From assembly GCA_005880985.1 (NCBI GenBank), contig VBIQ01000005.1, positions 350,059 to 414,058 on the forward strand: a stretch of DNA of 64,000 bases. The letters run 5' to 3'. Within the stretch, counting starts at the first letter, position 1, and the number at the start of each line of letters is the position of its first letter. This document shows, piece by piece, positions 57,164-64,000 of the stretch. A model generated the notes under the pieces. It ran no database searches. It was not told the origin of the DNA and saw only the letters and a program-made list of their open reading frames with translations. This stretch comes from Chloroflexota bacterium (GTDB taxonomy: Bacteria > Chloroflexota > Dormibacteria > Aeolococcales > Aeolococcaceae). A program made the translations under genes and the position numbers.

Positions 57164-59067
57164 GTGCGGCCTCCGACCGTCCCGCGCAGCTGGACGGTGT
57201 AGCGGGTGCCCGGCCGCAGCGATGTACGCGGCAGCAGCGATGCCGAGTTCTCGGTGTCGACCGAGGGAGCCAGCCGGAAGGCGTCGAGCGCAGCCCCGTT
57301 GGGACCGCTGAGGGTGAAGGAGGAGACGCGCACCACCGCGCCGCTCGGGAAGGTCACGGTCACCGGGTAGCCGGTGACGCGAGGCCCGCCGGCGGGCACC
57401 GGGTCGGGCAGCTCGTTGTCGACGAAGCTGGTGGGGACGCGATCGGCACCGTCCGGTGGGTAGGCCACCGGCGCGGCGCCGGGCGACCCGCCCGCGGCGA
57501 AGCCGAACTCCATGTCCTCCATCGGCAGCGGGCCGAGGACGGCGTCCGCATAGCCGATGGCGCGCAGGTCGGGACGCAGGATGGGGATGCGGTGGTAGAC
57601 GCTGTCGACCCAATCACCCACCGCCGCGTCCGCCGAGCCGCGGTGGGTGATGTCCTCGCCGACCGGGCCGGCGGAGTAGTCGAAGGCCAGGGCCCGGTCG
57701 GGGGCGCGGACGCCGGTGAACCCGGGCGTGCCTACCGTCTCGCGGTGGATTCCCAGCTTGGCCACCGCCGGCGAAGCGTTGTTGAACAACCAGTAATAGG
57801 TGTGGGAGAGGGCGGCGGCGGAGAGGCGGCTGTCGAGCACCACCGGCGCCAGGCCGGCGGCGGCGCGAACCCGGTTGACCGCCTCCAGGCCGCGCTGCGC
57901 ATGGGCGGCGACGGTCGCGTCCGGATCGGGAACGGTGCGCGCCGGTCGCGGGACGAGCTCGTCCCCGCCGGCGACCGCGCTGGCGATCTCCCGCCGGCCG
58001 CGGGTCTGGTCATGCTCCACGTCACGCGCCAGGTTGAGCAGGTAGGCGGCCGCCTGGGCGTCGTCGGGGCGGGCGTCGAGAGACCGCTGCAGCAGCGCAT
58101 CGGCGGTGGCGGAGTCGTGGTCGAGGGCCATCGCCACCTGGGCGTTGAGGTCGAGCAGCCCGCTGTCGCGCGGTTGCAGCGGCAGGGCGCGCCGGAGGGC
58201 CCGTGCCGCGGTCAGGTAGTCGCTCTGCAGCAGCGCCGCCCCCGCCAGTCCCTGCAACAGCTCGACATCATCGGGTGCGAGGGCCAGGGCGCGGTCGAAG
58301 GCCTGGCGCGCCTGGCCGACGTCACCGGCGTTGAAGGCCGCGCCGGCCAGCTCGGAGGCGCGTTCCACCCAGTCCGGCTGGACCGCGAGGGCGGCACGAA
58401 GGTGGGTCAGCTGGGAAGCGGTGTCACCCTGGTCGAAGGCGAGGTTGGCCTGCTCGCGCTCGACCTCTGCGCGCTGGTAGACGGAGGCGCTCGGGGCCAG
58501 CAGCGCGGCCGCGCTCAGCTCGGCCGCGGCGCCGGCGCTGTCGCCCCGGTCGGACAGCGCCTCACCGAGGAACAGACGCGCCAGCGGCTCGCGCTCGGAC
58601 AGCGACACGGCTCGGCGGCCGGCCGCGACGGCGGCATCGATCTGGTCGGTCCAGTCCAGAACTCGGCAGAGGATCGCCTGGGCGCGGGCGCTGTCCGGGG
58701 CGAGGGCGACGGCGCGCTTCGCCTCGGAGAGCGCCATCGGGTGGTGCCGGTAGTTGAGAAAGAGCGCGTAGGCGGCATGGACCAGCGCATCGCGGGGATG
58801 GTCGCGCCCGGCGGTGGCATAGGCACGCTCGGCCGGCGCGTAGCGGTTGCTGAAGAAGAGGGCGTCGGCGGCGGCGACCGCCGCCGCCGCCGACGTGCTC
58901 GGGGCGCCGGTGGGCGGGGTGGTCGACCGGCGGGAGCCGGCCGGCCTGGTCAGCTCCGCGATCGCGGTGCCCCCCAGCGCTCCGGCGACCAGCAGCGCGA
59001 CCAGCGGCATCCAGCGCGCCCGCAGGTGACGAGCCGCTCCCCCCGCACCCCCCGTCGACGGCGTCAC
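57103..59067 (-). CDS. Exported TPR + CAP(SCP) + Ig-like domain protein
   Basis: N-terminal TM/signal, TPR repeats, VNRVRAAAGL..H...GEDI...WVDSVYHRIPIL (CAP), LRPGTRYTV...WSFTT (Big_5-like). Confidence 0.8.
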   Translation of the reverse strand: MTPSTGGAGGAARHLRARWMPLVALLVAGALGGTAIAELTRPAGSRRSTTPPTGAPSTSAAAAVAAADALFFSNRYAPAERAYATAGRDHPRDALVHAAYALFLNYRHHPMALSEAKRAVALAPDSARAQAILCRVLDWTDQIDAAVAAGRRAVSLSEREPLARLFLGEALSDRGDSAGAAAELSAAALLAPSASVYQRAEVEREQANLAFDQGDTASQLTHLRAALAVQPDWVERASELAGAAFNAGDVGQARQAFDRALALAPDDVELLQGLAGAALLQSDYLTAARALRRALPLQPRDSGLLDLNAQVAMALDHDSATADALLQRSLDARPDDAQAAAYLLNLARDVEHDQTRGRREIASAVAGGDELVPRPARTVPDPDATVAAHAQRGLEAVNRVRAAAGLAPVVLDSRLSAAALSHTYYWLFNNASPAVAKLGIHRETVGTPGFTGVRAPDRALAFDYSAGPVGEDITHRGSADAAVGDWVDSVYHRIPILRPDLRAIGYADAVLGPLPMEDMEFGFAAGGSPGAAPVAYPPDGADRVPTSFVDNELPDPVPAGGPRVTGYPVTVTFPSGAVVRVSSFTLSGPNGAALDAFRLAPSVDTENSASLLPRTSLRPGTRYTVQLRGTVGGRTYARVWSFTTAGTPAPALSA

Positions 59068-59903
59068 GCGGGCGGGCTGCTCGGGATCACGCCGCTGGTG
59101 CGCGTCACCGCGACACCATCCGCCTCCAGCGCGTCGATCACGCGGTTGATGCCGATGCTGTCGGTTGCCATGTGCCCGGTGACGATCAGGGCCTTGCCCC
59201 CCGACGTCTCCGCGGCCAGGCGACCGAGGTCGTCCTCGGCGATGTGCATCGCCAGGATGGTGTCGACGCCGGCGCGCCAGTACTCGCGAAAGACGTCGTA
59301 ACCGCCGTTGGTCCCCCCCGCCATCGCCACCGTCCAGCGTCCCAGTGGCTGGTCGACATCCCCGATCCAGGCCTCGGGCCTAGTCAGGGCCGCCTCCATC
59401 TCGGGAAACTCGCCCAGCCAGGCGATCGCGTCCGCTACGGTGGCACCGTCGCCGTCGCGCTTGCGCAGTAGCTCGACGATGGCGTCGCGGCCGAGGATGT
59501 CGCAGGCGAGATGGATGTTGCCCAGCGGCACGCCGATCAGCCTGGCCACGTCGACCACGCGGTTGTAATTGCTCATGTGGGTGGCACGGTGCGGCCGCTG
59601 CAGCCGGCGTTGCACCGCCGCGGTGGCGACCTCGCGGGCGACGCCCTCCGCCGTCATCTGCTCGACCTGGCGCATCACCACCTTGGGAAAGTCCATGCGC
59701 GCGTGCTCGCCGAGCGGATGGTGGGCGACGACCGCGTCGTATCCCGCGTCACGGGCATAGAGCAGCTCGCCGACATCGATGTCGACGCCAAACAGCACGT
59801 GGCGCAGGTCGCCGGGCGCTTCGACGTAGACCTGGGAGTCGGCCGGAACCTCATCGCAGCCTGCCAGCCGTGCCGTCACGACCAGCATCTGCGCCAGGTT
59901 CAT
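59064..59903 (-). CDS. NIF3-like dinuclear metal-centre protein
   Basis: GVDID, VAHHP, IHLACD, MAGGTNG, GHMATDSIGIN. Confidence 0.7.
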   Translation of the reverse strand: MNLAQMLVVTARLAGCDEVPADSQVYVEAPGDLRHVLFGVDIDVGELLYARDAGYDAVVAHHPLGEHARMDFPKVVMRQVEQMTAEGVAREVATAAVQRRLQRPHRATHMSNYNRVVDVARLIGVPLGNIHLACDILGRDAIVELLRKRDGDGATVADAIAWLGEFPEMEAALTRPEAWIGDVDQPLGRWTVAMAGGTNGGYDVFREYWRAGVDTILAMHIAEDDLGRLAAETSGGKALIVTGHMATDSIGINRVIDALEADGVAVTRTSGVIPSSPPA

Positions 59904-59924
59904 GACGGCCGATTATGCCAGCGG

Positions 59925-61022
59925 TCAGCCGCCTCCACCCGCCGACGAGACCACCGGCACCGACACGTCGGCGGGACGCCTCCAGCGGCTGTCGGCGCCC
60001 ACCGCACCCATCCGCGCTGCCGCATCGGCGGCGAAGAAGCAGGCGATGCCGAAAGCGAGACCGATCACCGTGTCGGCGACGTAGTGCTCACCCAGGTAGA
60101 GGACCCCGAAGGACAGGGTGAGCGGATAGAGCATCCACAACCAGGCGGCACGATTGCGCAGGCCCTTGACGGCGACGATGGTGCAGGCGATCACCATCGG
60201 CACCGCGACGTGCAGCGACGGCATGGCGGCGTTGGGCTCGGGGTCGGCACCGGAGTAGAAGCTGCCGAAGCCACCGAACTGCTGCAGCGTCTCGACGACG
60301 TAGCGGTGCACCGGGGGCAGCCATCCCTGCTTGGCGGCGAGCCAGGGCGGCATCTCGGGAAAGACCAGGTAGGCGAGAAAGCCGGCCGCCATCACCAGGA
60401 AGTAGGCCGACACGAAGGTGCCGAAGCGCTCGCGGTGGCGCGTCCACAACCAGAGACCGGCGACCAGCGGGGCCGCGAAGTGGAAGAGGTACTCGACCAC
60501 CAGGAGCACCGCCATCCCCTGGGCCAGCAGGCCGGTGCCGATGTGTTGCTGCAGCCAGGTGGTGGAGACGGCGCCTCCCAGCAGGGTCCGCTCGAAGACG
60601 ATGGGGCCGACGGTGTGGACGGTGCCGGCGACGCGGGCGCCGACCGAGGTGAGGTCCTCGAACATCACCGCGACGAACAGGAACGGCAGCCAGTCCCAGA
60701 CGAAGGGACGGGCACGGCCGACGATGGCGAAGAGCACCAGCCCGAGCAGGAGCGCGTGCTCCGAGGTCAGTCCCACCGCCCGGGTGGCCATCAGGGCGAT
60801 GGAGAGCACGGCGTACGCCGCCATCGCGGTGTAGACGAGGGGGCGCTGGCGGAAGGCGTGGACGCTGCGGCGCGCCGGGGGCGATGCGATAGCGGCGTTG
60901 ACCGTGCGCGCAGCGCGTTCCATCGCCTCGGCGGTGGCCTGCAGCCGCTGGCGGGCGGCCGCAGCATCGTCGGCCAGGCGCTGGCGGGTGGCGGGCATCA
61001 ACGCCGGCGGCCGCGGGCTCAT
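59925..61022 (-). CDS. PAP2-superfamily membrane protein (AUR1/IPC-synthase-like)
   Basis: PEMPPWL, NAAMPSLH, GEHYVAD; start uncertain. Confidence 0.8.
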   Translation of the reverse strand: MSPRPPALMPATRQRLADDAAAARQRLQATAEAMERAARTVNAAIASPPARRSVHAFRQRPLVYTAMAAYAVLSIALMATRAVGLTSEHALLLGLVLFAIVGRARPFVWDWLPFLFVAVMFEDLTSVGARVAGTVHTVGPIVFERTLLGGAVSTTWLQQHIGTGLLAQGMAVLLVVEYLFHFAAPLVAGLWLWTRHRERFGTFVSAYFLVMAAGFLAYLVFPEMPPWLAAKQGWLPPVHRYVVETLQQFGGFGSFYSGADPEPNAAMPSLHVAVPMVIACTIVAVKGLRNRAAWLWMLYPLTLSFGVLYLGEHYVADTVIGLAFGIACFFAADAAARMGAVGADSRWRRPADVSVPVVSSAGGGG

Positions 61023-61199
61023 CCGGGGTCGGCGGGACTCCCCGCTGGCGATGGGCCAGGGCCAGGCCATGACTGCGTGATCCCTCCAGGCCGCTGCCGC
61101 GGCATCAGCGGATGGAGGGCACGACACCATGACCGCGCGCACCCCCCTTGGCCGCCAGCTTAGGGCATCGCCGCCGCTTTGTGAGCCCCCACGCCGACC

Positions 61200-61226
61200 G
61201 CAACCGAGCTGCAACGCGGCGCGTAT
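61200..61226 (+). promoter_or_regulatory. ECF-sigma-type promoter candidate
   Basis: GCAAC-17 bp-CGTAT, 11 nt before ATG 61238. Confidence 0.35.
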
Positions 61227-61237
61227 CACCTGATGAG

Positions 61238-61600
61238 ATGGCAACCCTGCACCGCACCAGCGACGAGATCCGCGAGGCCCTGCTGCGCCAGCAGCGGCAG
61301 CGGCGTGAGCGCCGGCGGGCGCTGCGCCCGATCCGGCTGATCGACGCCCTCCTCGAGGACCTCGAGGAGCTCCACCTGGCCGGGCGTCAGCGCGTGCCGG
61401 TCACCGTCCAGCCCCGCCTGGCCGAGCTCGAGACGGCCCTTCCTGCCGAGCTCACCCGTGAGCTGCCCACCCGGGTCACCATCGTCCACCTGATGGACCT
61501 CCTCTACGAGGTCCAGGACGCGCTGCTCAGCCGCAAGACGCCCGGCCGCGGCCCCGGCGACGGAGAGGAGATGGGGGCCCGGCTACCCGAGGCGTCCTGA
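61238..61600 (+). CDS. Hypothetical helical protein
   Basis: GC3-rich coding pattern; MATLHRTSDEIREALL... Confidence 0.65.
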   Translation: MATLHRTSDEIREALLRQQRQRRERRRALRPIRLIDALLEDLEELHLAGRQRVPVTVQPRLAELETALPAELTRELPTRVTIVHLMDLLYEVQDALLSRKTPGRGPGDGEEMGARLPEAS

Positions 61601-61635
61601 GCCGGACCTGCCGGCGGCAGCCCTACCCTGGATGG

Positions 61636-62181
61636 GTGCGAGAGAGATCGGCGCCGGTCCGGGCGGCGGTGGTGACGGTCAGCGACGCCGGTGCGCGGGG
61701 GGAGCGCCGTGACGAGAGCGGCGATCTGATCGTCGCCCGCCTCGGCGGGTTGCCGGCCCAGGTGGTGTTCCGCACCATGGTCCCCGACGAGCCGGCGCAG
61801 ATCCGGTCCGCCGTGCTCGACGGCATCGCCGCCGCCGCCCTGGTGGTGGTCAACGGCGGCACCGGGCTCGGACCGCGCGACGTCACCCCCCAGAGCGTGC
61901 GCGAGCTGCTCGATTACGAGGTGCCGGGAATGGTGGAGGCGATGCGCGCCTCCGGGATGCGCTCGACGCCGCACGCCATGCTGTCGCGCCAGCTGGTCGG
62001 CGTCAGGGCCGGTTGCCTGGTCCTGGTTCTTCCCGGCAGCCCGCGGGCGGTGGCCGAGTGCCTCGAGGCGGTTTGGCCGGCGCTTCCGCACGCGCTGGGA
62101 CTGCTCGCCGGCGAGGCGCATCCCCACTCCGCCGCCCCCGATAGCCGTCCCTCCGAGGCGGCACCGCGTCCCGGCGCCTAG
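61636..62181 (+). CDS. moaB: Molybdopterin adenylyltransferase MogA/MoaB
   Basis: VTVSD, DESG, VPDE, GGTGLGPRDVTP, LSR, LPGSP. Confidence 0.9.
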   Translation: MRERSAPVRAAVVTVSDAGARGERRDESGDLIVARLGGLPAQVVFRTMVPDEPAQIRSAVLDGIAAAALVVVNGGTGLGPRDVTPQSVRELLDYEVPGMVEAMRASGMRSTPHAMLSRQLVGVRAGCLVLVLPGSPRAVAECLEAVWPALPHALGLLAGEAHPHSAAPDSRPSEAAPRPGA

Positions 62182-62687
62182 AGCGGACGGTCGTCCGGCC
62201 GGCGGGTCTCGCCGCTGCGCCCACCGCTCTTGTCCACCAGCCCGATCCCATCGATCACCGCCCAGCGGTCCGACGACTTGATCATGTCGACGACGGTCAG
62301 CGCCGCCACCGCCACCGCGGTGAGCGCCTCCATCTCCACCCCGGTCCTCCCCACGCATCGGGCCGCGGACGTGATGCGCACCCCGGGAAGGTCGGTGTCG
62401 ACGGCGAGGTCCAGTTCGAGATGGGTGAGCGGCAGGGGATGGCAGAGGGGAAGCAGCTCCGCGGTGCGCTTCGCGGCCATGATGCCGGCGACCCGGGCGA
62501 CGGCGATCACGTCCCCCTTGGCCGCCCCGCCGGCGGCGATTCGGGCAGCGGTAACGGCGTCGCAGCGCACCCGGCCCTGGGCACGTGCCACGCGCTCGGA
62601 TTCCGGCTTGGCGGAGACGTCGACCATCCGCGCCCGCCCCCGAGGGTCGAGGTGCGACAGCTGTCCGGCCTCGGCCGACGCGTCCAC
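62178..62687 (-). CDS. moaC: Cyclic pyranopterin monophosphate synthase
   Basis: LSHLD..GRARMVDVSAK, KGDV, LLPLCHP, TGVEMEAL, KSGG. Confidence 0.96.
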   Translation of the reverse strand: MDASAEAGQLSHLDPRGRARMVDVSAKPESERVARAQGRVRCDAVTAARIAAGGAAKGDVIAVARVAGIMAAKRTAELLPLCHPLPLTHLELDLAVDTDLPGVRITSAARCVGRTGVEMEALTAVAVAALTVVDMIKSSDRWAVIDGIGLVDKSGGRSGETRRPDDRPL

Positions 62688-62718
62688 GGCCGCATGGTAC
62701 GGCCGCGAGCGCTGTCCG

Positions 62719-63108
62719 CTATGCGGGGACGGACGAACCCTCGGTGAGGAACGACCGGATCACCGCGCCCAGTCCGATCAGGCTGAAGGGCTTGTTGATG
62801 AAGCGGTCGGCGCCGGCGACCCGGCCGCGCTCGACGTCGTCGTCGCGGGAGAGCGCGGTGAACATCAGCACTGGGATGGTGCGGGTCGCCTCGTCACTCT
62901 TCAGCCGCCGGCAGCATTCGAGCCCGTCGAGCCCGGGCATCATCACGTCGAGGATGATCAAATCGGGACGCTGCGCCGCCACCTCCGCCAATCCCTGCTC
63001 GCCGTTGTCGGCGGTGACGACCTCGTAGCCCTCGATGCCCAGGTACATCGAGACCACGTGGAGAAGGCGCGGGTCATCGTCGACGACGAGAATGCGGCGG
63101 CGGGACAT
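62719..63108 (-). CDS. Single-domain response regulator receiver
   Basis: ILVVDDD, ILDVMMP, FTA, KPF; no output domain. Confidence 0.9.
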   Translation of the reverse strand: MSRRRILVVDDDPRLLHVVSMYLGIEGYEVVTADNGEQGLAEVAAQRPDLIILDVMMPGLDGLECCRRLKSDEATRTIPVLMFTALSRDDDVERGRVAGADRFINKPFSLIGLGAVIRSFLTEGSSVPA

Positions 63109-63228
63109 GATGGGGAGGTGCAGTCCTGCTGAGGTGGGCGTACGGCGAGTATAGGGGCGCCATTCCGGTCCACACGGCGGCCGACACGGGAGCGGCAAGG
63201 CTGTGACGCGGCCGTTGCGCCGCCAAGG

Positions 63229-63899
63229 TCAGAGGCACCCGTCGGCATTCGCCCGAGTGTCAGGACGGTGGAAGCCGAACGTCATCCCCGTCTGTCCCAC
63301 CCTGACGCACTCGAGATAGATGCTGAGCCCGGCGAGGATGGGGTTGGCGCTGAGGACGTCCTGGAGGTTGACAGAGCCGGCGGCCAGGCGCCGGGCGATG
63401 GCGTCGCGGGCGAAGCTCGGCAGGGCCACCTCGCCGACATCGACCGAGCGCACCTCGACGCTGAGCCGCGGCGGCCCCCCCGGGTCGGTGGTGAGACGGA
63501 CCGCCATACGGCCGATCGCCACCACCGTGAAGGGGCCGGCGGTGGTGCGCCCGTCGACCACCAGCAGACCGGCGCGGACCCGCGCCTCGGGGTCGCGCAG
63601 CCGCTGCCGGTCGGGGTTCTCGGCTCGGAGCACCACTGTCATGTCGTGCTCCGACAGGGTGATCGCGGCGTGGGGCGCCGCCGCCAGCCCGGCCGCCAAC
63701 CGGGGGCCGAGCGCGGCGGCGACGGCCATCTCGGTGTCGCCGTCGTCGGGTCCCCGGGGCGGGCCACCGAGATCGGGAGTGACCAGGGCTCGCACCCCGT
63801 AGACGGCGACCGCGGTGATGGCGGCGGCGAGGAGGATCAGTACCACCAGCCAGCCGCGGCCGTGCTCCGCCGATGGCCCCGCCGGCGGGGTCCTGCCAT
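63229..63899 (-). CDS. Membrane-anchored hypothetical protein (LmeA/DUF2993-like), 5' frameshift as given
   Basis: N-terminal TM, ITLSEHD, VDVGEVALP. ATG 63899 follows TACGCT but is one base out of frame with the body (63846). Confidence 0.55.
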
Positions 63900-63905
63900 G
63901 GCCCC

Positions 63906-64000
63906 TCAGCGTACGCGCCGGGCGATCAGCAGGGCCGAGGCGGCGGCGGCGACCAGGCCGAGCACGGCGGCCAACGCCAGCCCCCCGGCGCCCGCGCCGC
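63906..64000 (-). CDS. C-terminus of a membrane protein (partial)
   Basis: ...GLALAAVLGLVAAAASALLIARRVR* ends at 63906. Confidence 0.45.
   Translation of the reverse strand, partial: GAGAGGLALAAVLGLVAAAASALLIARRVR

Overview
High-GC bacterial core-genome window, densely coding. Gene content and protein styles suggest a Chloroflexota/Ca. Dormibacterota-like lineage (inference only). From left to right it holds: a peptide ABC importer (opp/dpp-like) facing a NarL-type two-component pair; hom-thrC-thrB-ask; ychF; an ArsA/Get3-M50 protease-selA-NUDIX-selB-CaCA run; nfo; csaA; an LprG/P55-like lipoprotein-MFS pair; cca; rplI-dnaB; fumC; an orphan methyltransferase; a DEAD-box helicase; moeB/moeZ; murE; rsmG; a Zn-finger/cNMP/ParB-fusion cluster; a GH73 autolysin; GH15; argS; udgB; and moaB/moaC. 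I saw no tRNA, rRNA, CRISPR array or mobile element. The most notable unexplained signals are two minus-strand intergenic structured RNAs. The first (14.5-14.7 kb) is a 6S-like rod behind a near-consensus sigma70 promoter overlapped by tandem NrdR-like boxes. The second (52.56-52.68 kb) is a smaller rod behind 10-11 bp phased direct repeats. Also notable are a Get3-like ATPase flanked by a tail-anchored protein and a CTG-start CxxC partner missed by the ORF track, a ParB fusion with a degenerate CTP motif, pervasive leaderless-type promoters, and two probable 1-nt homopolymer frameshifts. All family calls are by motif recognition; no searches were run.
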